Source: an uncultured Chlamydiae bacterium | Lineage (GTDB): Bacteria; Chlamydiota; Chlamydiia; Chlamydiales; JAJFMA01 | Assembly: GCA_963713615.1 (NCBI GenBank) | Contig: CAVQMM010000001.1 | Span: 1,472,001 to 1,536,000 of the forward strand | DNA: 64,000 bases | Reading direction: 5' to 3' | In this document: positions 32,318-43,560 of the stretch, in pieces | How the letters are laid out: the number at the start of each line of letters is the position of its first letter | How positions within the stretch are numbered: position 1 is the stretch's first letter | Notes under the pieces: model-generated | The model's database searches: none | What the model saw: only the letters and a program-made list of their open reading frames with translations | Told to the model about the DNA's origin: nothing | Program-made: the position numbers and the translations under genes

Positions 32318-33127
32318 ATGAAACGCATCTTGCCCTCGCTTTTTTTACTGGCAGTCAGCCTTACAGGTACTATTCATGCTGAAGACTGCTGCTGTCAGCC
32401 CCAGGATTATTCCTTCTGTATTCCCCAGGATTATTCTTTCTATATTAAGGTTGGCACAGGCATCTCATTTGCTGAACCTGCTCATGTCGTCGCGCCTCCC
32501 CCAACATGGAATCCTGCGCTTCAAGGTTATAATTCGAAATTAGGAAATCAAGCAATTGCCGATTTAAGTATTGGTTGCGAATTCATGCATTTAGTGGATT
32601 TAGAAGTCAGTATTTCCAATCGTTCTGCTTTTAAATATAGAAAATTTCAAACTCCGGTTGCCGGCGGAGGATCTTACACAAGAGAATTTGATCTCGGTGT
32701 AACGCCCATTCTCTTTTCGGTAAATCTTCTTGGAAGAGATATCCCATGTTTAAATTGGGATATCGGTTGTGGCTATATCTATCCGATTCTAGGGGCTGGT
32801 ATAGGAGCTAGCGATCTTTTAATAACAAATTTTAGAACAACAGGATTGCCTCCTTCGGGAAGTTCTGCTCCATTTGACAGTTTTTCTGCCGAAAATCAAT
32901 ACACCCTTCGCAAAAATTTTACTTACACGGCTCTTCTTGGCTTGGAATACAATTACAATGGCTCTTGGGCTATTGCAACAGGTTACCGCTGGTTTGATGC
33001 CGGTAAATTTAAAGGACCTCGATTTCAAAGAGTTGCTACCGGTGGAGCGGTTGATATAGCTGGTGAGGAATGGGAAATGCGTTTTAGATCCAATGAGTGG
33101 TTTGTTGAATTTAAGATTTTCATTTAA
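32318..33127 (+). CDS. outer-membrane beta-barrel protein
   Basis: Signal peptide, FYIKVGTG, PILGAGIG, GYRWFDAG, terminal aromatic beta-strand. Confidence 0.7.
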   Translation: MKRILPSLFLLAVSLTGTIHAEDCCCQPQDYSFCIPQDYSFYIKVGTGISFAEPAHVVAPPPTWNPALQGYNSKLGNQAIADLSIGCEFMHLVDLEVSISNRSAFKYRKFQTPVAGGGSYTREFDLGVTPILFSVNLLGRDIPCLNWDIGCGYIYPILGAGIGASDLLITNFRTTGLPPSGSSAPFDSFSAENQYTLRKNFTYTALLGLEYNYNGSWAIATGYRWFDAGKFKGPRFQRVATGGAVDIAGEEWEMRFRSNEWFVEFKIFI

Positions 33128-33150
33128 GAAGACAATAGCCGCAGCAGCTC

Positions 33151-33215
33151 GGGGTCAGGCCTGGGCTGAAACTGAGCGTCCAAAGGCATGTCAAGTATCA
33201 CAGAGTCAGGCCCGA
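33151..33215. repeat. degenerate pair of REP-like junction motifs
   Basis: GGGGTCAGGCCTGGGCTG ... CAAGTATCACAGAGTCAGGCCCGA. Confidence 0.55.
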
Positions 33216-33354
33216 TTCTGACTTTTGATTGTTGGAAACTACAAGAAAAGATTAAAATTTTCTTTACCAACAAACTTGAGGAATGCCGTTCAATGAATCC
33301 ATCTGACGACCTACTCCCAGCGCGTGCTAGCACCTCTTTCAAGTCTATGAAAAG

Positions 33355-34235
33355 GTGAATAAATATGGTATTGAGTATAGAAGCGTAAGGTTGTTTGCAC
33401 TTGGCATGGTGGCGTTAAGTGTGGCTTCAGTTGGGAAGGCGAGTGCTACCCCATTTACTTTAACAGTCGACACGTATACAGATACCCCAAACGCTTACCC
33501 AGGCGGTCAAACAGACTCCTCTGGTGCTACTACTGGTGATCTGCGCTATTGCATTAATTACATCCTCAATGAACAAGCAGAAGGCGTCTCCCAAGACTAC
33601 GAAATTGTCTTTGCTACGGGAATTGAATCGATTCAGCTGGGCGCGAAGCTGTCGATGGTTAACCTTCTTGGCTCTGATACAATTGTGATCGGTAACCCTG
33701 ACCCTGCTGCGCCTGTCACCATCACAGGTAACTCCGGCATAGGCGGTCTATTTATCCGCCAAGGCGCCGTCACCTTGCAAAACCTCAACTTCCAGAGCTG
33801 CAACGCTACCGGCGGTAGCGGGGGTGATGGGGGTGGCGGTGGGATGGGTGGAGGGGGCGCCCTCTTTATCGACACAGCCAACGTAACCCTCCACAATGTC
33901 AACTTCAGCAGCTGCTCAGCCACAGCGGCACCGGTGCCACACCTGGCCTCACCACTCAAGGCGGCAATGGCGCCGCCTTAGGTGGCGCCGTATTCCTCGG
34001 CAGCTCGAATGCCCAACCTACTCTCACCCTCACCGGCAACTGCAGCACTTCTCTCAACTCCACCTCGAATAATTCCGGCGGCGGCTTCGCCGGCGGCAAC
34101 GACTTTTTTCTCTACTCAGGCACTACTCTCAACCTCGAACCCAACGTCGGTGAAACGATCTCCATCAGCCAATCTATCATCGATGACAGCGTGCAGGCCA
34201 TTCCTGTATCCCCCAATTGGCAAGCAGGTAAGTCC
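33355..34235 (+). pseudogene. N-terminal fragment of a Gly-rich Pmp/autotransporter-like surface protein
   Basis: Signal peptide, GDLRYCI, GGSGGDGGGGGMGGGGALF; frame lost after about 33925. Confidence 0.65.
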
Positions 34236-34357
34236 GAGTGTCTACTACGACCATAATCGGCAAAAAAACACGAGCTATGTCTACACAATCGTTTTCATTA
34301 AACGCTAGCGGGGCTCAGAGCTCCGTTTTATCAATTACTTTATAAAAGAGGCGATCT

Positions 34358-34508
34358 ACTTCCAAGTAACTCAAAGGGTTGGCGGCGCAATTTCCTATGT
34401 GGCGCAGTCATTCCATGACTGCGAAGACGGTTGAAACAGTTTCTGCTTGCTTCACATGGGATGTTTGTTTTGAAGCCATTCCCACTCAGCAATTGGGCTA
34501 GGGGTCAA
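34358..34508. repeat. repeat family B fragment followed by a REP-like motif
   Basis: GGCGCAATTTCCTATGTGGCGCAGTCATTCCATG; GGGCTAGGGGTCAA at 34495. Confidence 0.65.
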
Positions 34509-34519
34509 CTGCTTTTATT

Positions 34520-36577
34520 TTAATATTTTAAATGGAAGTTCAACAAGTTCCAATAGGAGATAAACCAGAAAAACCCCACACATGCAAGGGCCAGAAATGT
34601 ATTCCAAATTTTGCTCCAAAACCATTGTTGCTTATCCGTCCAGCATTTGATGCTGTTATAGATAACTGTCACAAAGCCTAAGCCTGCAATCAGAGCGACC
34701 ATTTGCAGCATTCGTAGCCACCGATCACTCCGCTCTGATAGCATGGATAAATCACTGAGTGTACCGGCAAAAACCAGTAGTCCTATAATGTAAACCACTA
34801 TGCTAAGACAAGTCAGATGCGCTATCGTCCGCAGTCTTTTTTCATTTGGTGCGATGACGAGCGACCTGCCGTAGTGCTTGCGAATCATGGCGGCGATGGG
34901 CCAAGCGAGCAGGGTTAACACGATCACAAACAAGCTGAAACCAAGGACAAAATAATTAAAGCTCTGTTTATTGAGCGTATTGTTCACTTGCATAAATACC
35001 GAAGATGGGTACTTGGTATCATAATTGGCATATGCGATATGGCGTCCACTGCCATCCTTTACAAATGCAATCTTAGCTTTCCCATTGACTTCGCGAAATA
35101 CCATGGGTGCGATTTCACGAAAATGAAGCGGTTGCTGATTTAATCCATTGAAACCCGTCATCGAAATGGTATTGTCCTTCAAATTGGCCGTTACTGTTGC
35201 ATTTAGTAACAACGTTGATAGCGCCAAGAAAGTTGTTTCAGCGCGACGGCTGAGTTCATAAGTCCCGAGGATGCTTTGCACATCTTGAGCCGTTATAGGT
35301 TGCTCAGGTTCCTGCGATGAAATTTCCGGAAAATACCGATCCATAAACTTATCGAATAACATGCTACTTAGATCTAGCTTGGACTGGCCTGCGCTGTTGT
35401 ATGAGATAAAGAGTCCAGTATTAGCATCCAAATTCAAGAAAAGATTACTGTGAAATAAAATCGTGTGTCCTTCATGTCCAATGATGCGATAACCGTTTTG
35501 TGACTGTTCATAAAATCCCAAACACATCGCATTCATTGCTTTTGGCCATCCCTCCTGCCTTGCATGCATTTGTATTGCTGTTTCTGGCTTTAGAACTTGC
35601 GCATTCCCGTAGCGTCCATTTTGTAATTGCATGATCATGAAATGCGTCATATCCAATGCAGATACTGAAAGAGCCCCTACAGGGGCTGCCTGAATCCATT
35701 CAAACGACTTTGGATCGTCAGAACCAAGTATGTATCCATTAGACATCGATGTTTTAAGAGTCTCCGGAAGAGGTTGACGAAATGTAGAATTGTGCATCTC
35801 AAGCGGTTTGAAAATGTGTTCTTCAACATAATCATTAAAATTCTGTCCCGAAACACGCTCTACAATATACGCCGCCATGGTTGCTGCATAATTAGAATAA
35901 GCAGGTGTTATTCCTGCTGGAAAAATTCTGGAAGGCATATGTGATTGTAAATATTGAGATAGGGAATGCAAATCCTCTGGGGACCTTACAAATAAATCTT
36001 TAATTGACTCTTCAAAACCTGCTCTATGCGTCATGATGTCACGCAAAGTAATGGGTTTATCAAAAGTTGGAGGAATCTTAAAATCAAGGTAATCGTTCAC
36101 ATCGCGATCCAAGTCTAATTTACCTTGTTCCACCTGTTGCATAACGGCTGTCCAAGTGAATAATTTTGAAATTGATGCAGGGCGGAAAAGGGTCTTTTCA
36201 GGAGAAATCGGAGTTTTTTTTGCTATATCTGCATACCCATAGCCTTTGGCAAAAATCAATGCGCCATCTCTTACCACTGAAATCACCGCACCAGCGACGT
36301 TTGCCTGTTCAATTTGCAGGGGCATGAACCCATCTAGGAATGCACCGACATCCGCAGTGGTTAATTCATGTCTATTCTTACTTCCTTCTTCAGAAATAGC
36401 TAAGCTGGGAAACGCCTCGGAAGCTTTGATATCAATCGACTCCGGTGCTTGGGCAAAAACCGCCGAGCAACTGAAAAGTAATGCACAACACAACCAACAG
36501 AATTTTTTACACGTCTTTTTTTTCACTGTAATGGTCCCTTGGCACTTGTCAATTTGTTTGCGAAAGAGGATTTTCAC
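34520..36577 (-). CDS. serine hydrolase (beta-lactamase class C-like) with C-terminal TM helices
   Basis: FRPASISKLFT (SxxK), YSN, GHEG; hydrophobic C-terminus. Confidence 0.88.
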   Translation of the reverse strand: MKILFRKQIDKCQGTITVKKKTCKKFCWLCCALLFSCSAVFAQAPESIDIKASEAFPSLAISEEGSKNRHELTTADVGAFLDGFMPLQIEQANVAGAVISVVRDGALIFAKGYGYADIAKKTPISPEKTLFRPASISKLFTWTAVMQQVEQGKLDLDRDVNDYLDFKIPPTFDKPITLRDIMTHRAGFEESIKDLFVRSPEDLHSLSQYLQSHMPSRIFPAGITPAYSNYAATMAAYIVERVSGQNFNDYVEEHIFKPLEMHNSTFRQPLPETLKTSMSNGYILGSDDPKSFEWIQAAPVGALSVSALDMTHFMIMQLQNGRYGNAQVLKPETAIQMHARQEGWPKAMNAMCLGFYEQSQNGYRIIGHEGHTILFHSNLFLNLDANTGLFISYNSAGQSKLDLSSMLFDKFMDRYFPEISSQEPEQPITAQDVQSILGTYELSRRAETTFLALSTLLLNATVTANLKDNTISMTGFNGLNQQPLHFREIAPMVFREVNGKAKIAFVKDGSGRHIAYANYDTKYPSSVFMQVNNTLNKQSFNYFVLGFSLFVIVLTLLAWPIAAMIRKHYGRSLVIAPNEKRLRTIAHLTCLSIVVYIIGLLVFAGTLSDLSMLSERSDRWLRMLQMVALIAGLGFVTVIYNSIKCWTDKQQWFWSKIWNTFLALACVGFFWFISYWNLLNFHLKY

Positions 36578-37530
36578 GGCTTGCTACCTATCACTTGTTG
36601 AAGGGTAGAACGACTGACGTTGCGCCCTGTAAGAACAATGACTGTAGGTCCTTTCGGACGCACATGGCCAAAAAGACAGCTAGCAAGAGCCACAGCAGCA
36701 GAAGGCTCTATGAGATACTGATGATGTTCTAAAAGCCAGCAAAGAGCCAATCGTAGCTCATCCTCTTTGATAAGATGAATTTCATCGACTCTAGTCTTTA
36801 AGATGTCAAAACATTTATCTCCCAAACCGCCTTCAAGGCCACCTGCAAGAGTATCGATAGAAGGCATATAAGTAATTGGCTTTCCCTGCTCCAAAGAAAG
36901 CTTAAGAGCGGCACAATCGGCAAGTTGGCAAATAATCATGTGCGCTTGGGGATTTTTGGATTTTACATACCACGAAAAACCAGCAGAAAGCCCTCCGCCG
37001 CCCATAGGAAGCACAAAATGCGTAGCTTCAGGCACCTGAGATAGCACTTCTACCGCCAGAGTGCCTCCGTTACCAGCCATGATCTTTTCATCGTTAAAAG
37101 CTGATATCATCGGGATCTGCAACTTGGCGGCCTCTTTTGCGGCCCATCCTAACGTATCATCATATCCGATATACTCTGATTTTTTGACTTTAGCCCCGAG
37201 TTGAAGCAGCTTATCATACTTCGCTTGATCAACACTTTTAGGCACAAACACTGTGCAGGGAATCTGTAATTCCTTAGCAGCATAAGCCATTCCAAGGCCG
37301 TGATTACCTGCAGAACAAGTGGCAACGCCCAATCTTCTTTCTTTTTCATTCAACGTAGAGAGGTAGAAAAAGGCTCCTCGTAGTTTAAAAGACCCAGTAG
37401 CTTGCAAACACTCGAGTTTTAAGTAGATCGGTTGACCAAAACATTTTGATAATTCTGGAGAAAACTCAACTGGCGTATTCCTGATTTTTCCTTTGAGGAA
37501 TTCGGTGGCTTGTTCAATTAACTGCTTCAT
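36574..37530 (-). CDS. threonine/serine dehydratase (PLP fold II)
   Basis: KLECLQATGSFKLRGA, SAGNHG, GGGGL, EPSAA, TGRN. Confidence 0.9.
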   Translation of the reverse strand: MKQLIEQATEFLKGKIRNTPVEFSPELSKCFGQPIYLKLECLQATGSFKLRGAFFYLSTLNEKERRLGVATCSAGNHGLGMAYAAKELQIPCTVFVPKSVDQAKYDKLLQLGAKVKKSEYIGYDDTLGWAAKEAAKLQIPMISAFNDEKIMAGNGGTLAVEVLSQVPEATHFVLPMGGGGLSAGFSWYVKSKNPQAHMIICQLADCAALKLSLEQGKPITYMPSIDTLAGGLEGGLGDKCFDILKTRVDEIHLIKEDELRLALCWLLEHHQYLIEPSAAVALASCLFGHVRPKGPTVIVLTGRNVSRSTLQQVIGSKP

Positions 37531-38101
37531 CTATTTTCCATAATGGTTTATATAAATTTTTCAAAGCTATCCAGAGCCTCAAGTATATCTTTCTGTCAGA
37601 CATAGATCAATGGGTGACAGAAAGAAATCGCCCAGAGCGTCAAAAAATCACTACCATCGAAATTGCCCTTTTGAGGTGTCTGCAAAGAGACTACGGTTGG
37701 ACTATGTTGGCAACTGCGAAGCGGACTGCTGACCCCAATTTCTGAACGTGTACCAGCGTGTGGCAGGCTCGGGATGTACCGTGATGCAAATGCCATCATA
37801 CAGCCAACTCCTATCACGGCGCTAATCACCGTCACGTCCATCAGTACTCCGGATTGACTACGTTGAAGAGTTTATGCGTCTTGCCCTCAGCTTGAAGGAG
37901 TGGAAAAGATAAATACAATTTAGTAGTATACCCAGCCTGTGAGCCATTGTGCGGTTCCTATTCCTATCTATTCTGGATGGTACTGACCAATGTGTCTCGG
38001 TCCGCTTAGTCACAAGGACGTGAGAATGAAAGCCGATAGTCGGTGTGATTCTCCGTCAAGCACGGGTTAACGAACATTAGAATTTAAAAGGTTATGTATT
38101 T

Positions 38102-38764
38102 ATGGCGGGTTTTAAAGTTCATGCTGCTACGGCTTTTGCGTTCAGCGTCAGCTTTGCTTCTTATGTTTCCGTTTCGAATCACTTTCCCCTGCCTTGGGGG
38201 ATTGTACTGGGTGCCTTAGGTGTGATTGGTGGTTTGTTACCTGATATCGATTCGGGGGAGACAAAGATTGCTCGCTATAGCGGATTGCTAGCAGGTGCTA
38301 TTCTTAGCCTAGTCACTTTCTTGTTTTTTGAAGCGTCTTCGTTATTGTTTAACTACTTTGTGGCTTTTATTCTTTTTATTCCCTTCGTGAAGATCACTCA
38401 GATGGGGGTCAAAAACTGGATGACTCATCGGGGTGTTTTTCACTCGATTCCAATGGGAATCCTTCTATCCATTGCAGTTTTTCATCTTTTTGATTTACTC
38501 AATTTTCCTCACATTTATTCTCTATATTGTGCAGGGTTTCTTGGAGGAGGGTATCTGATTCATCTTGTCTTAGATGAACTATGGAGCCTAAGGAAGGGAA
38601 TAAGTAAACATTCCTCTTTTGGAACGGCTCTTCAGATTTTTCGGTTCGTCTTTTGGAAGTCCTTTCTTGCCACTTATGCTTTGCTTGCGGTTGTTGTATA
38701 CAAAACTCCTTTTTTGAAGACCTGGATTCAAAAAAGCACTGTTTTTGTAAATTTTTCAATCTAG
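38102..38764 (+). CDS. membrane-bound metal-dependent hydrolase (YdjM-like)
   Basis: LLPDIDS, HRGVFHS, GYLIHLVLDE. Confidence 0.85.
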   Translation: MAGFKVHAATAFAFSVSFASYVSVSNHFPLPWGIVLGALGVIGGLLPDIDSGETKIARYSGLLAGAILSLVTFLFFEASSLLFNYFVAFILFIPFVKITQMGVKNWMTHRGVFHSIPMGILLSIAVFHLFDLLNFPHIYSLYCAGFLGGGYLIHLVLDELWSLRKGISKHSSFGTALQIFRFVFWKSFLATYALLAVVVYKTPFLKTWIQKSTVFVNFSI

Positions 38765-38801
38765 TTGTGTTGGGTTGTAGGTCGTCGTCTGATGCATTCT
38801 T

Positions 38802-39315
38802 ATGATTAAATATCTAAAACACTTATTGTTTGTTGCTTTATGTTGCGCTTCACTTTCAGCTGAAAAATGTTCTTATTCGGATCTCTTAAAAGGATGTGAA
38901 GCTGAACAGGCAAGGGCGTTGCAGGAGGTGAGCTCTTTTCTTAGGTTAACTGAAAGAACTCAATTTCAATCTCTTGAGGGTGGATTGACTCGAGCTAAAC
39001 TTTATTCCTTTGAGTTTGAAGGGAAAAAATACGTTCTTCGTTTCCTAGCTCCAAATCACTCAACGAAAATGCGACATAATGAGGTCCGCGCTTTAAAGAT
39101 TGGTAACCAGTTGGGAATTGCTCCACCTTGTATTTTTTCAGATCAAAACGCTGTTTTGACGGTTATGCCGTTTGTTGAAGGTCAAGCGTTATACCAGCCA
39201 GAGGATCATCAGCTATCACAACTTGGCAAAATGCTAAGAGCGCTGCATAATTATTCTGATTCATATCCAACGAGATATTCCTTAAAAGACAGGGTGGAAC
39301 TGCATTATCAAAAGG
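38802..39315 (+). pseudogene. choline/aminoglycoside kinase-like phosphotransferase truncated by a MITE
   Basis: LEGGLT, KYVLR, GIAP, LRALH; no HxD catalytic half after 39315. Confidence 0.75.
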
Positions 39316-39475
39316 GGCCTTGTTCACCTTTACGGTCAGAATTTCGGTCGGACGAAAAAGGTCGAATGTCGTGGTTTGTGACGAGGGCATAGCGCCAGCT
39401 ATGTCCGAGGAGCAAAACGCGACAGACGATCCTTTTGCAGTCGACCGAAAACTGACCGTAAAGGTGAACAAGGCC
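39316..39475 (+). mobile_element. 160-bp palindromic MITE, copy C (no TSD)
   Basis: Near-identical to copy A; flanks TCAAAAGG and CTTATCTG differ. Confidence 0.9.
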
Positions 39476-39685
39476 CTTATCTGAAAGACAAAGCTGTTGA
39501 CGAATCTGTTAATCGTATAACTTTGCCTGATGCATTAAAGTAAAAATATATTTCTACAGCAAACGTTTTTTTATTTTTCATCTAATTAAAAATTTAAACA
39601 ATAATTATACTTATTTAAATTGCATTATTACTGTTGCCAGGTGTAAATTCGCAGCGCCGATTAACGTTCAAAACAGGTAATAACA

Positions 39686-40234
39686 ATGAAGAATACATTC
39701 TCATATCTGATAGCTTCTTTTGTTGTAAATTTTTTATTTATAGGTACTGGATATTGTCAACCTATGACAAATGATGCTGGTTGGCCTTGTGTGGAAACGT
39801 CTAATTCGGATTTTGATCAGGTCTGCGATGCATATCGCTACGTGTCTTTGGGTGAAGGTCCAATTATCTTGATTCCTAATCTTGGTATCGGCTACAGAGC
39901 ACGCCATGGTCAATTTGGTTCGGACGCAGCGGTTAGTTTTTCGACTATTGGGTTTGCTCATCAACTGAGCGTTCATCTAGTTGGTCATTATTATCTTAAT
40001 CCTTTGCAAAAGACTTCTGCATATCTGGGCTTAGGATTGATGGGAAGTGGAATTTCCACTAATCGAAAGATCGTCGGTGGTACCCTATCACCAGACTTTG
40101 TTTTTGGTAAGGAACTTGGCGGCGGGCATTTCATCGAAACGCATATTGCCATTCCAAGCCTGTGGATGGACTCAAAACACATTTATTCGACGTTCCTTCC
40201 ACTCATGTATTTTAAATATGGAACTTCATTTTAA
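39686..40234 (+). CDS. probable outer-membrane beta-barrel protein
   Basis: Signal-like N-terminus, GIGYR, YLGLG, terminal YGTSF. Confidence 0.6.
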   Translation: MKNTFSYLIASFVVNFLFIGTGYCQPMTNDAGWPCVETSNSDFDQVCDAYRYVSLGEGPIILIPNLGIGYRARHGQFGSDAAVSFSTIGFAHQLSVHLVGHYYLNPLQKTSAYLGLGLMGSGISTNRKIVGGTLSPDFVFGKELGGGHFIETHIAIPSLWMDSKHIYSTFLPLMYFKYGTSF

Positions 40235-40329
40235 ATCCGGTTGGGCACCGATCTCGCAGGCATTTAGAGCCTTCACAATTGTGCTTCGACGCGTAGCGCT
40301 TTGGTGCCCCAATCGATTGGTAACAAGGC

Positions 40330-41241
40330 TCAATTCGGTTGTCTTAGATGAGTTGGTAGGTTAGTCAGCAAATATGTCTCCAATTGGTCAGGAACGCCTG
40401 CAATAATCTCGCCGATTTTGCCGTCGGTACCCAGGATAAACATCGTAGGATATCCGGCTACTTTGAAGAGCGTGCGCAGCTTGCCCTCTTTGTCCTCAAC
40501 CCATTCGGTTGCTGATGCCAGCTGCACAAATTCGGGCGGCAACTCAGGGCTGACATTGATAAAGCGGTACCGGCTATTCTTCATCTGCGCGGCAACGGCA
40601 TTGACAATTGGCAGCTGCTCTTTGCAATAGGGACAGCCAGATGCGACGAAGTTCATGATCATCCCCTGCGACTGAGAGGGATCAAGATCCCCCAGAAGGA
40701 CCTTAGCAGCAACAATCGGTGCTGCATCACCGGTTTGCAAGCTGGTGGCAGCAACAGGAGATCGATTTTTGGCGTTGTAGATCATGAGAGTGAGATTGAG
40801 GCAACTAAACAAAGCTACGAGAGAGATGGGCACTAAGAGTAGCACACACAGGCGCTCTCTGATCGGCGTGCTAAAGGATTCGTTGGCCGGTGGAGGAACT
40901 AGTAACCAGATCATCCAGATGAAAATATTGGCAGCATGAACGATCAGGCAGGCGACACACCAATTGGGCAAATTGAGATAGGTTAATGCTATGGCTAGCA
41001 GCACTGCCCAGAGCATCCCGCCTCGAGCCATTTGGGGTCCAGGAAAACTCGGAAATAGCAACGCAGCAGCCACTAGGATGGCAAAGTAGGCCGAACCCGA
41101 TAGAGGTAGGTAAGGGCTGGTTGAGCCACAAGTCTTGCATCCAAAAATCCCGAATGGATTCGGCATTTCGGGCAATTTCAGGAATAACAGGACCAAGGCA
41201 AGGATCCCAAGAAGGGGGACCCAGTTACGAAATTGTTTCAT
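40330..41241 (-). CDS. membrane protein with a VKOR/MauE-like TM region plus a thioredoxin domain
   Basis: CKTC and WCVAC in the TM region, CPYC, VAGYPT (cis-Pro loop). Confidence 0.65.
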   Translation of the reverse strand: MKQFRNWVPLLGILALVLLFLKLPEMPNPFGIFGCKTCGSTSPYLPLSGSAYFAILVAAALLFPSFPGPQMARGGMLWAVLLAIALTYLNLPNWCVACLIVHAANIFIWMIWLLVPPPANESFSTPIRERLCVLLLVPISLVALFSCLNLTLMIYNAKNRSPVAATSLQTGDAAPIVAAKVLLGDLDPSQSQGMIMNFVASGCPYCKEQLPIVNAVAAQMKNSRYRFINVSPELPPEFVQLASATEWVEDKEGKLRTLFKVAGYPTMFILGTDGKIGEIIAGVPDQLETYLLTNLPTHLRQPN

Positions 41242-41804
41242 GGAGAAACTGCTTGACACCACTTTGCAGGGGAACTGTCGAGGCCTAATGCCTTGATCAG
41301 AAAGGCCCCGTTCTGCTCGGAACCAGATACGGTAGCTCCGGACCAATATCCGGTCTTGCATGTGGAGGTATCACAGTTACCACCCAGCGTCATCCATTCT
41401 CCAGTACGCATAACGTCACAGGTACAAATGGCTTTCTTAGGATTTGATGGGTCCACTGTGCAGCGTTTATTCAAACACCAGCTCCATGGTGTGCCTTCAG
41501 GACACTTCATCCGTTGCAAGCCTTGATCAAACTGCAACAGGGAAAAGGTGGAATAGACTGTCTGAATCCCATTGGCATCCGTGCTGGGCTTGATTGTGTC
41601 ACAGTCTACTGTAGCCATACTTTGGCCTTCTTCAACATCGCAGAAGCAGATAGCTTTGGTAGGATCACCAGGCTGTGGGACGCATTTAGCCGAAGTACAA
41701 AGGGCATACTGCTGCTTGCACAAGCGCATACCTTGACTTGTTTGGCTACCCGAGGCCGCGGCGATCACAGCCACAATGGGAACAATATAAGTGAGTAAAT
41801 TCAT
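41238..41804 (-). CDS. exported Cys-rich protein (14 Cys, two internal repeats)
   Basis: Signal peptide; PGDPTKAICFCDV / PSNPKKAICTCDV. Confidence 0.75.
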   Translation of the reverse strand: MNLLTYIVPIVAVIAAASGSQTSQGMRLCKQQYALCTSAKCVPQPGDPTKAICFCDVEEGQSMATVDCDTIKPSTDANGIQTVYSTFSLLQFDQGLQRMKCPEGTPWSWCLNKRCTVDPSNPKKAICTCDVMRTGEWMTLGGNCDTSTCKTGYWSGATVSGSEQNGAFLIKALGLDSSPAKWCQAVSP

Positions 41805-41910
41805 CTTTCATCCCTGATTGCAAAATGTCTGCCGGATCCGCCTCGGACAACCAGCACCAATTCAATAAATAATTGTACTTTATAAGATGCCCCTGTGTGG
41901 ATGTCAAGCA

Positions 41911-43560
41911 CTACCGTTGTTCCTTCGCTCTCTTATAACGCTGGATTAGGTTGTTGGTTGAACTGTCATGCTTGAGTTGGGACTTGTTCCCGGTTTCAAG
42001 TTCGGGAATGATGCGCACAGCAAGCGCTTTTCCCAGTTCGACACCCCACTGGTCGAATGAGTCAATTTCCCATATGGTACCTTGAGTGAAAACGCTGTGT
42101 TCATATAGTGCTACCAGTTTCCCCAAAGCTTGAGGAGTCAGTTGTTCCAGAAAGATTGTGCTTGATGGCCGGTTGCCTTCGAAAGTTCGGTGCGGTATTA
42201 GCTCTTCCGGTATGTTCCCTTCTCGTAACTCCTGCGGCGTTTTGCCAAAAGCCAGAGCCTCTGCCTGAGCAAAAACGTTGGCCAATAGCAAATCATGGTG
42301 ACGACCAAGGGGATTTAATGACTGAGCAAACGCAATAAAATCGCAGGGGATGAGCTTGGTCCCTTGATGAATCAGTTGATAGAAGGAATGCTGCCCATTG
42401 GTTCCTGGTTCACCCCAAAATATCGGTCCAGTTTGATAGGTGACTTTAGTTCCATCCAGCGTAACATGCTTACCGTTGCTTTCCATCGTCAACTGCTGGA
42501 GATAAGCGGGGAAACGCTTCAAGTACTGTTCATACGGTAGAACTGCTATGGTCTGTGTATCGAAGAAGTTGTTGTACCACAGAGCAAGCAAACCCATCAA
42601 CACTGGTAGATTGCTCTCGAAAGGGGCTGTGCGAAAATGTTCATCCATCTGGTGGAAGCCGTCGAGCATGGCATGAAAGTTGTCCGGGCCGATAGCGATC
42701 ATTGTTGAAAGGCCGATCGCTGCATCCATTGAATATCGACCACCTACCCAATCCCAAAACACAAACATATTTGCGGTGTCGATACCAAACTTAGCTACTT
42801 CCTCGGCATTAGTCGATACAGCAACGAAATGCTTAGCAACAGCGGCGGGGTGCTTTAACGTGTTGAGGGCCCATTCACGGGCTGTGTGCGCATTCGTCAT
42901 CGTCTCTAAGGTCGTAAAGGTCTTCGACGAGATGATGAATAGTGTCTCCTCAGCGTCAAGGTCATGGGTCGCCTCGGCGAAGTCAGTGCCATCAATATTA
43001 GAGACGAAGCGGAAGGTCAGGTTTCGCTGGCTATAGTGACGCAATGCCTCATATGCCATCACAGGACCTAGATCAGATCCGCCAATGCCGATATTGATGA
43101 TGTTGCGGATAGGCTTGCCCGTATGACCTTTCCATTCTCCGCTGCGAATTCGATTAGAAAAACTGGCCATCTTTTCAAGAACGGCGTGAACCTGAGGTAC
43201 AACGTCTTCCCCTTCTAGGACAATAGACTGCCCTTTGGGGGCTCGCAGCGCGACATGCAGGACAGCTCGCTTCTCTGTGACGTTAATTTTGTCACCCCTG
43301 AACATGGCTTCTATGCGAGCCCGCAACCCAGATTCCTCCGCCAATTGTAGAAGGAGCTTAAGTGTCTCGTCGGTGATGCGATGCTTAGAATAGTCAAAAT
43401 AGACGCCAATGGCTTCAGCTGTCATGCGCTCCCCGCGCTTGGGATCATTGGCGAAGAGTTCCCTAAGATGTGATTCTCGAATCTTGGGGTAATGAGCTTT
43501 GAGAGCATTCCATGCGGCGAGTTTTGTCAGTGGCACTTTGCTTGTTGATAACATGCTCAT
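41911..43560 (-). CDS. pgi: glucose-6-phosphate isomerase (in frame with upstream fba as assembled)
   Basis: [50 protein letters not shown]. Confidence 0.95.
   Translation of the reverse strand: MSMLSTSKVPLTKLAAWNALKAHYPKIRESHLRELFANDPKRGERMTAEAIGVYFDYSKHRITDETLKLLLQLAEESGLRARIEAMFRGDKINVTEKRAVLHVALRAPKGQSIVLEGEDVVPQVHAVLEKMASFSNRIRSGEWKGHTGKPIRNIINIGIGGSDLGPVMAYEALRHYSQRNLTFRFVSNIDGTDFAEATHDLDAEETLFIISSKTFTTLETMTNAHTAREWALNTLKHPAAVAKHFVAVSTNAEEVAKFGIDTANMFVFWDWVGGRYSMDAAIGLSTMIAIGPDNFHAMLDGFHQMDEHFRTAPFESNLPVLMGLLALWYNNFFDTQTIAVLPYEQYLKRFPAYLQQLTMESNGKHVTLDGTKVTYQTGPIFWGEPGTNGQHSFYQLIHQGTKLIPCDFIAFAQSLNPLGRHHDLLLANVFAQAEALAFGKTPQELREGNIPEELIPHRTFEGNRPSSTIFLEQLTPQALGKLVALYEHSVFTQGTIWEIDSFDQWGVELGKALAVRIIPELETGNKSQLKHDSSTNNLIQRYKRAKEQR

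Noticed and set aside
37560..38000. Short ORF 37596-37841 as a gene
   Set aside because: No recognisable motif or RBS; possibly a decayed remnant
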